Assembly (NCBI GenBank): GCA_964016885.1
Contig: OZ024745.1
Location: forward strand, 77,190,001-77,254,000
Source of the DNA: Eledone cirrhosa
Taxonomy: Eukaryota
Length of the DNA: 64,000 nt
Reading direction: 5' to 3'
How positions within the stretch are numbered: the first letter of the stretch is position 1; every line of letters begins with the position of its first letter. The notes beneath the pieces are model-generated. The model was not told the origin of the DNA. It was given only the letters and a program-made list of their open reading frames with translations, and ran no database searches. The position numbers and the translations under genes were made by a program. This document shows, piece by piece, positions 25,515-38,770 of this stretch.

Positions 25515-25702
25515 TAATTGTTTCAACTTTAGCACAAGGCCAGCAATTACCCAGTGTATTACTGGTACTTTATTTTATCGACCCCGTAAGGATGGAAGGC
25601 AAAGTCAACCTCGGCGGGATTTGAACTCAGATCATAAAGGAACGTAACTATGCTGGAAAGCATGGTGTCCGACCCTCTACTGATACTGCCAATCCACCGC
25701 CC
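25515..25702 (-). mobile_element. Family A SINE
   Basis: Full-length copy. Confidence 0.85.
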
Positions 25703-25970
25703 TATATATAATAAAGTATGTATCCCTACATGCAAAATACATATAGGGACACATGTATTATCCAACCGTATGCCAATGTGGTTCTATGGCAGGTTAATAA
25801 ATTAACGAGCCAGAACATATGTAATCAATGTTTAGCAAATAAGAAATGGATTTCCACATGGATTATCCATTTATTTTAAGACTTGAAACCGTGCGGTAAG
25901 GGTAATTACAGCAAGTACAGTGAACTTTTTAAAATTTATTTTAAAACTTTTTCTTATTTGCTAAACTTTG

Positions 25971-26003
<33 letters not shown>

Positions 26004-26006
<3 letters not shown>

Positions 26007-27606
26007 TGGCGAAGAGTAACCTGGAAAGCAGGGCATGCAGTCCAATCGCCATGGCGGAAAGTGGGGCTGTGAAGCCCCCCCCCCCCCCCCTCATTCGCAA
26101 TATTATTCAGTCCTCTCCACAATTTGTAAATGTGATGTGAGCTAATTTTAATGAGAGATGCCCGTCTACCAACAGAATAATCAAAACTACCAAATTAAGT
26201 GAATATGCATAACAATGAACAAAGATGACGTTTGCACCAAGAATTTCCTTTATTCTTGCTTGCACTCCGTTCAAATGCCCAGCCATCACACTCGCTCCAT
26301 CATAAGTTTGTGCAATGAAATATTTACCACAATTGAATTCATTAATTTCACATTTAATTGTAGCAGCTATACAATTAATGATCTCGTTTTGAATATCACT
26401 TGAAAGTCCAGAAAATATACAGTTAGCATTTTTCTTCACGAAATCTAAATGCGATCTTAAACAATCATCGTATTCCGCTACTGCTTCACATATAGCCCAA
26501 AAATTACCCTTATTGTTTGAGTCTTCTGTTTCATCGTGTCCTCGAATTGATAATTCTTGACAGGCCAAAATTTCAACACAATGAATTAACCTTTTCAATA
26601 CATCACGATTTTTCTCAACAGTTCTATTATGCAACTGAATCGAAGCTGCTTTCCAGTGATCGATCTCTGTATCAATTCGATGTCAACCAAAGGTTTTCAG
26701 ACCAATTACGGAACTCAAGTGGTTCTGAGATTTTTTGTGTTTTGTCAAAGCTGCAATCAAATTGTTCAAATCGCAGTAACCTTTGGTTGTCCATGTATTA
26801 CTATGGTGACAAAACAACAGACATGGGAAACAGAACAATTTGTTCAGAATGGGACATCCCGTCATCCACTCACATTGTTCATATTATTTGGAATCAAAAT
26901 AACGATAACATTCCTTGCCGCTCACTTTCGTCTTTGTCTTAATTTCAAGCTTAGGTTTCTCTCTTCCAAGAATGATAATATTCTTTCTCTCTTCAAAGCT
27001 TCTTGATGCAAAATATCGAGAAAGTAGAGAAGAAACTGAGCTAATTGACTCTTTTGCCATGATGTGGATGAATGAAAATGTGGATAATGTAATTTTTGCG
27101 TAACTTTAAAAAAAATAATTTGATATATTTGAAATTAAAATTTAAAGCATTGGAATGAATAAGTGACTGAAAAATGTACCTATTCAATCAGGAAAATTTA
27201 AACTTTACCTATATAATCAGGAAAATTCCCCAGCTAAGGCGACACGTGTATATTCTAGAATCGTCAGTGAAATAAGTGGCCGGTTTGAACACTTCCCGTT
27301 TGGACCTCGTGTCGTTGACGCATGCACGCCCCTCTAAATGACCCTTCCGGTCAAAGCCGCATGTAGTGTTATCTTGTGTGTGTGTATGTGTGCTATCTTT
27401 TTATGTGTCTACGATTTAGTAAGCAGCCAAAATTCTGCTTGCCCCAAAGCTGTCGTGTGTTTGTGTGTATGTGTGTTACCTTTTTTGTGTCTATACGTTT
27501 TAGTAAGCAGCCAAAATTCTGCTTGCTTCAACCGACGCAATTGATCAACTCAAGATTCTAAAACGCATGCACTGCATGCGTAGCATGCACGAACCCTTCG
27601 CCCCTG
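26004..27606 (-). mobile_element. Internally deleted hAT transposon (ZMYM1/DUF4371-type transposase)
   Basis: TIRs cagtggcgaag / cttcgcccctg within (TA)n. Minus-strand ORF pieces KLFCFPCLLF, RGHDE...NKGNF, S.DIQNEII and QTYDGASVMAG...FVHCYAYSLNLV. Two subterminal repeats of about 76 bp at 27373-27530. Confidence 0.9.
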
Positions 27607-27682
27607 ATATATATATATATATATAAACGGAAAAAATGAAACGAAATTTCATTTCCCACTCTTAGTACGGCTGTTACTTAAA

Positions 27683-28142
27683 TATAAGTATGTACACGTA
27701 CATACATATATGTATACAGACGTACAGTAGCATGTATATATATATACATACATGCACACATATATATATGTACGTATGGATTCACCTAACATTTATTATA
27801 ATGCTCGGTGTGTTTGTAAACAAACATCCCGTATTAAGCCGTTAATATGCATAAGGTAAGTATATACGTTCAACAATCTGGCAGGAAGGTATACGTTGCT
27901 GACGATAGCTAATAAGCTTGAAACTAGTACAGCGTTCCTTTGTCAGTGTTGAACAAACGAGCAACGATGGTTGCTGGGCACTACGGCTTAATACGGGATG
28001 TTTGTTTACAAACACACCGAGCATTATAATAAATGTTCGGTGAATCCATACGTACATATATATATGTGTGCATGTATGTATATTTATCTACATACTACTG
28101 TACGTCTGTATACAAATATGTATGTACGTGTACATACTTATA
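27683..28142 (+). mobile_element. Fold-back Penelope-like remnant with a hammerhead in the loop
   Basis: Inverted arms 27683-27842 and 27983-28142 around a 140-bp spacer. Confidence 0.7.
27893..27935 (+). ncRNA. Minimal type I hammerhead ribozyme candidate with canonical core
   Basis: acgttg-CTGACGA-t-agct(aata)agct-t-GAAA-ctag-TA-cagcgt; palindromic stem III actagt; GUA triplet. Confidence 0.75.
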
Positions 28143-28883
28143 TATATATATATGTATATAAATATATAACAGTAAAGAGAGAGGAACACGGATATATATA
28201 TCTATATGCGTTCAAATCACATTTGACAGAAACAGCCAGGGTGACTAAAATAGTATGGTTCACAGAACTCAATTAAAAGGATAAATCGATATATACAAAT
28301 CTACTATGACAACTATCACGTATCCAGACAGCTAACGGGTAGAACTGTTTCGCAATTCAGTGAAAAGAAATACAGGTCCGATGCTTTTTAATGGACACTC
28401 ATGACCAGTAAACTCCTCACTACTAAATTTTTTAGCAGACTAAATAACGCACATGTGTTAAGAGAGAAAGCACATGGTTATAGCGTTCCAGCTATATCGA
28501 ATAGAACGTAAGGCTACTAGAGAAAATAGCAGCCAGAACCATCCGATATATTAAAAGCTCTACAAAAGCAATAGGAGCTCAATTTATCGAAAATATACAT
28601 TGAGTTAAAAACTCACAATAGTCCCTTATAATGAAATTAGCTCAAGGAAAAAAATGTTCTCTCTCACTCACTATATACACAAGTATATATATATATATAT
28701 ATATATATAAGCAGAAGGGATATTCAATTTGTTGGTAATTCAACAAGTATAAATGTTTATAACTGATTCAGAGCACTCAACACATTTTCTGGAGTATTAT
28801 ATACAATGATATTATCCAGGGATAACTTGAACCGTTAAGGTATATTCTCCTTGGTTATGTCAAAATTTATAAAACACACTTCG

Positions 28884-28944
28884 TATTTTATCTGATGATA
28901 GCGTACCAAAATGTTGGTACCATTGAAATATATATAATAGAATA
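28884..28944 (+). ncRNA. Hammerhead candidate within a small element (about 28799-28993) with 16-bp inverted ends
   Basis: tattttat-CTGATGA-tagc-gtaccaa(aatg)ttggtac-catt-GAAA-tatata-TA-atagaata. Confidence 0.6.
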
Positions 28945-29689
28945 AATATGGTTTTATAAATATAGTTTCCATTTATTTAATATCATTGTATATATATATA
29001 TATATTTATATCAAATATACCCACAATCATATCAATACATACTCATGTACATAGTGAATTTAGTAGTGAAAAGCAATTGATAGCACATATGTATGTATGT
29101 TTGTATGCAATTGTGTTTGAGTGTGTACGTGTGCGTTACTTTGATGTTGAATTTTTCTAAACGGTTGTAATGTTGTTTTTGTGTGCTTTTATAAATTATA
29201 ATCCCATCCAAATGTTGAAACAAATTCACCTTTAAGGCATTTAAAATTATTTCTAAATCAAATATGTTCCTTGTCAATGCACGTGTTGATTAGAATTGAT
29301 GCTTTTTAAAATGCATCGTCTTCATGCAACACCATCAATCAGGAATCAAAATCTAGTTCTTAACAAAAACCTTCAAGCTGTCAATCGTTCTGTATTCTTT
29401 TACATTAAGGGATTTGTTTTAAAAGAAACCATCTTATCAATAAAAAATATATTGGGAAAATTAATTTCTTTCGTTTTCTTTTTTATTTGTTTGTTTTTAC
29501 TTTTGTTTGTAGCTGAAGGGGACGGTAGTAGCGGGGGAGGAGTGGAGGATATTTTAATGATTTTTTTGTTTGTTTTTTTCTAGAATTCAATGTCCCTTCT
29601 TTGAAAATCAATTTTCTTATAATTAGCAATGTTGGCAGCAGTGTCAGCAAGGTCATTCTCATCGTTAGTGTTCTTTTCATCAATACCAG

Positions 29690-29990
29690 CATTCTTGTCG
29701 TTTATGCCATCATCATCGTTATCATCAGCATCATCATCTTTACCATCATTACTACCATCATCAACATCATCTTCATTATCATTGCCCCCATTCTCATCAT
29801 CATTTTATTAGCGTCATCGTCATCATTATTCTAATCATCATTGTCATCATCGTAACCGCTATCACCACAACCACCATCTTCATCATTATCATCATCGTCA
29901 TTACCATCATTTTCATCATCACAAATACCATAATTGCTCTCAGCATCATTGTCATCATTGTCATAGTCTTTATCAGCATCATCATCATAC
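29690..29990. repeat. Degenerate (CAT)n microsatellite
   Basis: Direct reading; explains the Ile-, Met- and Ser-rich spurious ORFs. Confidence 0.9.
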
Positions 29991-30161
29991 GATATAATAG
30001 TTCTTTTTTATTTTATTGTTTTACCATAGTCAGCGGTTTAGAAGATTTTGCTGAGAATAGTTCTTTCCCTGGTTTTTTCTATCTTTTCTTAAAGGACAAG
30101 TCCAAAATCAAACTGGGTCCAAGGGGAGGTAACCGAATGCTACAAAGTATGTTTGTTTGAA

Positions 30162-30354
30162 ATAATAATTGTTTCTACTTTAGGCACAAGGCCAGCAATT
30201 ACCCAGTGCATTACTAGTACTTTATTTTATCGACCCCGTAAGGATGAAAGGCGAAGTCAACCTCGGCGGGATTTGAACTCATATCGTAAGGGGACATAAC
30301 TATGCTGGAAAGCATGGCGTCCGACCCTCTACCGATACTGCCAATCCACCGCCC
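30162..30354 (-). mobile_element. Family A SINE
   Basis: Full-length copy. Confidence 0.85.
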
Positions 30355-30413
30355 TGTGCGCGCGCGTATGTGTATGTGGTGAGAATGTATGTATATATAT
30401 ATATATATATATA

Positions 30414-30652
30414 GGAGCGAGTAGCACCCCGACGGCTGAGCTCAAGCCGTTTCGACGGCTAATTCTGGACCCGAATTAGGTCCAGAATTAGCCGTCGAAA
30501 CGGCTTGAGCTCAGCCGTCGGGGTGCTACTCGTTCCTATTACCCACTCTACTACCCTAAGTATTGAGTACTTTGGTGCGTTATGGTCCACCTGGTTCCTT
30601 CGTTATATATATATATATATAACGAAGGAAATGTGGTAAGGAACCAGGTGGA

Positions 30653-30655
<3 letters not shown>
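30414..30655. mobile_element. Double fold-back element in (TA)n
   Basis: First hairpin centred near 30475 with arms of about 57 bp, second hairpin centred on the TA run near 30612. Relatives at 3022-3070 and 42353-42553. Confidence 0.65.
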
Positions 30656-30716
<61 letters not shown>

Positions 30717-30945
30717 GGATAATCGAGAATCGGAAAAACAGCTCACGAATTAACGATAAACAGTATCCGATATGTGTGGCAGAGGGCTCAATAAATTGGA
30801 TAAATCAGAGCTATAACCATCGTTAAATTACCAACACATAGAGATTATGCCTAAAATCACCCGTATAGCCGAAAAAGAACGACCAGGAAGATTCGGGTCA
30901 CTCAAATAAAATATCAATAAATCAATAAATTAAATGAATGTAAAA

Positions 30946-30988
<43 letters not shown>

Positions 30989-31135
30989 TATATGTATGTA
31001 TACTCGCGTGTGTTATAAAATATTGACTAATTGGAGTTGTGCTTGTGTCACTCCAATCAAGAAATAATGGTGCACATGAGACCAAGCACCCAATGTCATA
31101 TATATTTTTCCAATTCAGATGGCGGAACATATATA

Positions 31136-31320
31136 TAATAATTGTTTCTACATTTGGCACAAGGCCAGCAATTACCCAGTGTATTACTGGTACTTTATTT
31201 TATCGACCCCGAAAGGATGAAAGGCAAAGTTAACCTCGGCGTGATTTGAACTCAGAATGGCAAGGACCGTAACTCTATGCGTCAAAGCATGGCGTCCAAC
31301 CCTCTACCGATACTGCCAAT
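31136..31320 (-). mobile_element. Family A SINE
   Basis: Full-length copy. Confidence 0.85.
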
Positions 31321-31505
31321 ATAATAATATTAGTATGAAGGCTAGATTTCCCCCGAGTCATTTTATTACATGGTGCACTACGTATTTCTGTGGTGTTATT
31401 CTTAATTACTTCATGTTGCCATCACTGAATTACTGACAGGACTTTTTCCGACAGCATCTTAGACAAAATGTTTAATATATAATATATTATATATATATAT
31501 ATATA

Positions 31506-31586
<81 letters not shown>

Positions 31587-31797
31587 GTGTGTGTGTGTGT
31601 ATATATATGTGTGTATATATATATGTGTGTGTGTGTATATATATATGTGTGTATATATATATATATGTGTGTGTATATATATATGTGTGTATATATATAT
31701 ATATATGTGTGTATATATATATGTGTGTGTATATAAATGTGTGTGTATATATATGTGTGTATATATATATGTGTGTATATATATATGTGTGTATATA

Positions 31798-31833
<36 letters not shown>

Positions 31834-32166
31834 AGGAGTGGCACCCCCAGAGTAAACCTGTCTATAGAATTCTTTCTGCCTTTGTTATTCTAAATATAGT
31901 TTTTAAAGAATTCCTTTTTCTTTAAACCCATCAACCAATGACCTCCACCCATCCCAATCACCACCGTCTTCTATCACCAGAAAAGATATAAATACCACCA
32001 TATTACTTGGACAGCCAGCTTCCTCATGATTTCTCCAGAATGAAACAGTTCTAGTCCTGTAGAAGCCTTTCTATATATATATATAGTTATATAACTATTA
32101 AGCTCTGTTACCTACATAGAGCACTCTTTTTTCCTGGACTTTTCCGACGGAATTACTTCATTCATT

Positions 32167-32238
<72 letters not shown>

Positions 32239-32559
32239 ATTTTAATCTATTTCTTATATAGTTGATTTTGGTATCAGTTATAATATTCACAGTTATTGCG
32301 GACCTGTAGAAAATATGTGGCTGGGAGGGGTTGGTTGTAACTACTATTATAGCATCTGCTGAGACTACTACTACAACAGCTAAAGATAGGGAGTGGAGGA
32401 AGAAGGGATTCCAACCATTTTCGTTACTTCCTAAACTGACCAGCACTTTTGCCAAAGCTTTTTTCGGGGAAATTATTAGATTTTTCCAAATTTAAAGGAT
32501 TCTTAGGAACTTTCTATGTTTATTTTAAATAAACCTGAATCAACTGAATATGGCCTCTG

Positions 32560-32599
<40 letters not shown>

Positions 32600-33259
32600 G
32601 GCGGGGGGGGGTCTTCTGTTTCGTTTTTAAGACAATAAGGTGTGATGTGGCTTCTATTTCCAACACAACAAGAGGCCAAAAAGGCTGCTTCGCTGGTTTG
32701 AGAGACTGCCTTAGATTCAATTGCTTATGCATATTTAATATAAACTTCTACGTAAGAAGACAACATACAAAAATAGATGTAATGTATGAAGCTGCAAGAA
32801 AAATTAAATAAAATAACAACGAAGAGAGAAAGCAGACAGAAAAGTTGTCTCAGAGAATGTGTGTGCCTTGACAAAAGAAATAATTATTTATATTTTTGTA
32901 TCCCTTTTCTTTCTATATCGTTAAATCGAAAACACAAGCAAATAAATAAAAATATAGAAATAAAAGATATAGGAATTTCTTGTAATAACTGTGAGAATGA
33001 AAATAGAACCAATAAACAGCAAGCTTTGGTTTCGTTGTGCCTGGCTTTCTAATAACAGATAAAGACTTAACAAAAGAGATGCTTACAACAGACATTTGTA
33101 ATGACATTGTAATTAATGCTGCCTAATTACCACAGTACATTATTTATGACATGGATCCAAAAGTATGGTGCAAGTTTATCCAAAATCAATACGAATACAA
33201 CAAACATTTAATTTGTATTAATACACACACACATATGGACAGAGAGAGAGAGACATACA

Positions 33260-33298
<39 letters not shown>

Positions 33299-33301
<3 letters not shown>

Positions 33302-34540
33302 GAAGCCTTTACTGATGGGTACGACTGCATTTCAAATATAACCCAAGATATTGAAAGTGACTTGAAACAAACACCTGAAGCAAGATATGAAGCACAAACA
33401 TTGGCAAACAAAATGCACTGTCTGGAAACGGCTCTGGTTGCCAAGATCTGGAACTTAATACAGTTAAACAACACTAATTAAGATTTTCAAAGAGTTGAAG
33501 TTGACCTGAATAGAGTGGTGGATATAATTGATTCTCTGGAAAAGATTCTGAAATCTCTTTGGGATAAGGATCAAGGGTTAGACCTGAATAGGAAGACCTT
33601 GTGAAGCATCACAACAACAGGTAGGCCAAGAAAGTAAAACAAACATTATTATGCAAAAGGGTGGTGGATTGGCAGTATCGGTAGAGGGACGGACGCTATG
33701 CTTTAATGCATAGAGTTACGGCCCTTTCCATTCTGAGTTCGAATCCCGCCGAGGTTAACTTTGCCTTTCATCCTTCCGGGGTCGATAAAATAAAGTACTA
33801 GTAATGCACTGGGTAATTGCTGGCCTTGTGCTAAAAAGTAGAAACAATTGTTATGCAAATTCAGCATCAATCTCAGTGGAAATCGTCTTTTCCCAGAAGA
33901 AAACCTCAGATGCAGGACTTTTATGCCATGACGTCATTTTAGATCAGTTGTCTATTGTCTTACAAAAATAAAGGTTAGCACTAATTTATTAGTGCATAAG
34001 TTCAAATTCATAGTATACATATGTAATTTACCTGATGCAGAGAAGAACTGAAGCTGAAAAACCTATCCCTGTAAGTTTAGTAATGTAGTGATAGAAGAAA
34101 TTGCCCATTTTGCAGCCTTTTACAAACTCAGGCCATATCTTATGTCATCTGAACAGACAGTTTTACTCCATGATGAAGGACTTTCTGATACCTTTCCAAG
34201 TGTTGAAGTAGTTCTTATGATATATTTGAGCTTGATAGTTACTGGGTGTTCAGGAGAGAGATCATTCAGCAAATTAACACTCAAAGATTTACCTGAAAAT
34301 CTTGATGACCTTCAAAAAACTAACTACTTTCAGCCTACCAGATGTATTTAACATTTATGTATTAATGTATTATATGTCAGTTTTTTATATTAACATCTAT
34401 TATAAATTGTTAATTCCCATTAAATGCAATAAGTAGATGTGATGTGGAATTTGGGGAGTTAGCTGTGTATTCTAATTTTTGTGTATTGGGCAGGGGGCAG
34501 GGAAGCACCGAAATGAAGTGCCCCAGACCCACTGAGCTCT
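33299..34540 (+). pseudogene. Decayed hAT transposase, C-terminal part, interrupted by a family A SINE (33658-33852)
   Basis: EARYEAQTLANKMHCLETALVAKIWN and LSDTFPSVEVVLMIYLSLIVTGCSGERSFSKL (hAT dimerisation-domain ERSFS motif). Confidence 0.75.
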
Positions 34541-34541
34541 G

Positions 34542-34590
34542 CTTGTCTGATAATTCTATGAGTGCACAGGTGAAACTCCAGAATAACAAG
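34542..34590 (+). ncRNA. Decayed hammerhead candidate, same family as 53848-53890
   Basis: cttgt-CTGATAA-...aggt-GAAA-ctccagaa-TA-acaag. The second copy reads aTGATGA-gcctg(tgataac)caggt-aAAA-ctccagag-TA-acaa. Confidence 0.5.
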
Positions 34591-35025
34591 ACTCGTCATT
34601 TAGCCATAAAGAATATTTAAACTCTACTTCAGTATTGAGTACTCATTCTCACATCCAACTACATCACATGGACACATATCTATCTAACTATATCTATATG
34701 TGTATGTAAGTATATGTGTGAACGTATGCATGTGTATGGTATATGTGTGTATGTATATACTCATCTGTAAGCATAAATCTATATGCATGTGCTGTATGCA
34801 GACAGTAGAATAAATTATTCGCAACAGAGTCAGACTTATCCAAGACATTTCAGTTTAAAAAGCAATCATTAAAATTATAGCGATGATTATGTTGTTTATT
34901 AAAATGATGATGATAGTTTATAGTATTTACATGTACAACAATACAATATGGGTGTTTGAATCAATAGAGTACTAGACAATCAGCTATAAGGTCAGTGATT
35001 AGCATCATATTGCTGAGAGCGTGTT

Positions 35026-35640
35026 GTGTTCATATACAACACACATTACTTTCTCTCTATAACCAGATCCCTTTTGCTGTTCATATACAACACACATTAC
35101 CTTCTCTCTATAATCAGATCCTTTTTGCTGTTCATATACAACACACATTACTTTCTCTCTATAACCAGATCCCTTTTGCTGTTCATATACAACACACATT
35201 ACTTTCTCTCTATAACCAGATCCCTTTTGCTGTTCATATACAACACACATTACCTTCTCTCTATAACCAGATCCCCTTTTGCTGTTCATATACAACACAC
35301 ATTACTTTCTCTCTATAACCAGATCCCTTTTGCTGTTCATATACAACACACATTACTTTCTCTCTATAACCAGATCCCTTTTGCTGTTCATATACAACAC
35401 ACATTACCTTCTCTCTATAACCAGATCCCCTTTTGCTGTTCATATACAACACACATTACTTTCTCTCTATAACCAGATCCCTTTTGCTGTTCATATACAA
35501 CACACATTACTTTCTCTCAATAACCAGATCCCTTTTGCTGTTCATATACAACACACATTACTTTCTCTCAATAACCAGATCCCTTTTGCTGTTCATATAC
35601 AACACACATTACCTTCTCTCAATAACCAGATCCCTTTTGC
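35026..35640. repeat. 51-bp minisatellite, about 12 copies
   Basis: Unit tgttcatatacaacacacattactttctctctataaccagatcccttttgc; no spacers between units. Confidence 0.95.
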
Positions 35641-36978
35641 AGCAAGTGAATAGCATTGACTGATATAATTCATCTCTGTATGTAACATTGATAAATGTCT
35701 TTTCTTTTTTGCGAGTTGGTTACCAGCATTAACTTCAATTCCACCCACAGTAACAGACTGGTAGTAGGCAGTGAATTGGCAAAATTGTTAGAATACTGGA
35801 TAGAAAGCTTTGCCATATTTATTCCAGCTCTCTGTACTCTCACAGTTCAGATCCTGCCACAGTCAACTTTTCTTTTCATCCTTTCAAAGTCGATAAAAAA
35901 AAAGTACTACTCTCTCTCTCTCTCTCTCCACCAGGTTTAAAGTGTCACTACAATGTTGCTACAACTCTATCAAGAGTTACAGGTTCATAAATACAATAGA
36001 TTAGCAACCTATTCATTTAACACAATTTAACCTGGAGTTGAACTCCAGCCCTTTGGAAGCAGAGAACTGGGAAGTTACATAATAATAAATATTAAATTTA
36101 TTGACAAAAGAAAATGTTGAATTCACAAACTGGCTGTACTCCTTTAGATATCAAAATACTACTTAACATAAATCTGTACAATTCCCATAATACTGTACTA
36201 TGAATATTTCTGACAGCATCAAAGTGAATATAAATACAAGGGAGAAAACTCCGACGGTGTTTAGGGGATTGTTATCTTGATAACTAAAATGCTGAATGAT
36301 AAATCTAAGCCAGAATTTGATTCTGTTTATTACTTAAAATAATATCATTACATTCTGATCAATCCTTGTAAGTAAAGGCATAAATGTCACAGCCTATTGA
36401 ACTTTATGTTTAAATAATTTTTATATTTATTAAAAGAAGGGAAATGGGGATAACGATATCCATGGCCTTTCTCCAAAGCATAAATAATGTAAATGAAACC
36501 AAATTGTTGCAACTACAAAATGAAATTTATGATATGTATGTTATAAAAACTGAATGTGAGAGAATAATGGACAAGACAAAAAAAGAAAGAGACAGAAGAA
36601 GAAGCAAAAAAAAAAAAAAGAAAGGTATGAAAACCAAACGAGAACACGAAGAAATTAGATTTCTGGCTGGCAGTGCTGAGTTTAAGTCTTCTATAGATGG
36701 TAGGAGTGCAACAAGTGGTCACGAAAGTCACTAATAGACTTCTCATTAAATCTGAACCCTGTTTTTGATTATGGGAAGTATGTTGTGGCTGCTGTATTAC
36801 TCTGAAACCTGTATCAAACTCATCACCATAATATATTCAACTAGCACCAGACACATATTTCACTTTACTATAAATAGATCACTTTACATAATTTTCTGTG
36901 CATAAATTGTGTATATAACTTTTTAAATTTACTTGATATCTTCTAATAAAATCTATTTTTATTCCTTTATAATTTCAG

Positions 36979-37329
36979 TGTATTGCTGTGCCAGTGGTTG
37001 GTAAATTTAAGCGTGGTTCCTATCGGTGCCAGTGCAAGCCAGGCTATTACTTTCCTATGATCAATGCTAGCCATAGCTATTTTAATGGAACATTGGTTGA
37101 AAATCAACTACTGGAACGATTGAGAAATGGATCTGGCCACTCAGATCATTTCTTGGACTCTTTTCAATGTCTGCCATGCAGAAAAGGATGCCCAAATTGT
37201 GTTGATGATCAGCCATGCTTTGTTGAATACAATATTTTATTAAGAGGTATACCACTTGGAATACAGAGTTTTTGCATGACTATTACAATAGTCTTAGGAT
37301 TGGTTGTCTTTCGTCTAAGAAAGACCAAG
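36979..37329 (+). CDS. GPR158-like GPCR exon: Cys-rich/EGF-like stalk and TM1
   Basis: Acceptor aatttcag and donor gtaggt. 117 codons: CIAVPVVGKFKRGSYRCQCKPGYYFP...CLPCRKGCPNCVDDQPC...LRGIPLGIQSFCMTITIVLGLVVFRLRKTK. Confidence 0.95.
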
Positions 37330-38533
37330 GTAGGTGTTGTTGACTATTCTTTTACACAGTTTTAAGAATTTTATGCAATTTAGCCAGAGAAAGCTCTAGC
37401 AAAACTGAAATTCTAACACTGCTACAACCAGTCTTTTATTCCTATAAACAATGTCACTTTCGGAATTTTATTTCAAGAGTGCTTGATCCAAGAATTCATA
37501 TATAAATATCTGACTTTGGATATTTCATTCTGCTTTTATATCAATTTAGAACATCTGCCTCATTTAGCCAATTTGTGCACTCTCTATTTTTTCTACCAGT
37601 TTTATGGCAGACTTTATTTTTCTCAATTTAGTAGTTACATTCTATTTCTACTTTAATCTATCTGTTTTAAGCTCCAACTGCTCATCTTGTCAGCTACATC
37701 TCTGTATCTCTTTATAAAGCTCATCCCAAACATTACATACAGTTTCTGTCTAGACTTCTATTCAATAGAACAATTGCCCTGACATATATTCCTGTGATAC
37801 ACTAACCTCTTACATTTTCATCATCACAAAAATCTCTTCATTCAAAAGGACCCTCAAATACCCATACTCCTTGGACATGATAAAAATAATCATTATTTAT
37901 AATCAATATTGCTACATTATTGTTTATCAGCATTGCTGTGTTATTGTTTATTATTAGCAATGCTGCATTGTATCATTGATTTGTTACATTGGCACAAGGC
38001 CACACATTTGTAGGGTAAGGATATTGTCAATTGAATTGAACTGGTCCCTGCACTTATTTCATTAATCTTGATAGGATGGGAAACAAAGTCAACCCTTGTG
38101 AAATTTAATTCAATGTTAAAAGATAAAAATAATTATGGCATTTAGCCTGGCATTCCTTTTCCATACATTGCCTTATTTTCACCTAATATTGAACACTATT
38201 ATATATTTGTCTTTTGTTAATGGAGAGTCTCTTACAACTGTGTCAAATGCTTTATTAAAAGATTTGAATAAAGCAAATTCTATACTCACTGACACAATAT
38301 TTAAAAACATATAAGCATGTGTGAACAAGGTGACAATTGAAACTTTTGAAAATAGAATTAGAAGCTTTCAATGTATATTGTCTACAGAAAATAATCTAAT
38401 ATTATGGCATATGAATCCCTTGTAATGGAAAAATGGGCATTGCAGGGTTTCAAATGCCATAATATTAGATTATTTTCTGTAGTCAATATACAGTGAAAGC
38501 TTCTAATTCTCTTCTTTTTCACTCACTTAATCC

Positions 38534-38770
38534 TGGGAGGGTCGTGGGAACAGAGTCCTCAAACACTCCTTCCAGTGGGTCCTGTCAGAAGCAACTATCT
38601 CCAACTGATCCAGCTGGATCCCTAAGTGAGACCAGCCAAGCTCATGGATGTTATCCAACCATCTATCCCTGGGTTTCCTGCTGGTTGGTTTTACCCGTAA
38701 AATCTATCCAGCTATTCTTTGCTGAGATGTTCTAACTACATGCCCATAGTATCAGCAAATAAATTGTTCT
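38534..38770 (-). mobile_element. Decayed RTE LINE 3' fragment
   Basis: Homologous to the RTE fragment inside the 56-kb palindrome. Confidence 0.6.

Noticed and set aside
35026-35640. CRISPR-like array or repeat protein
   Set aside because: The units are contiguous with no unique spacers, the context is eukaryotic with no cas genes, and single-base insertions break the frames.
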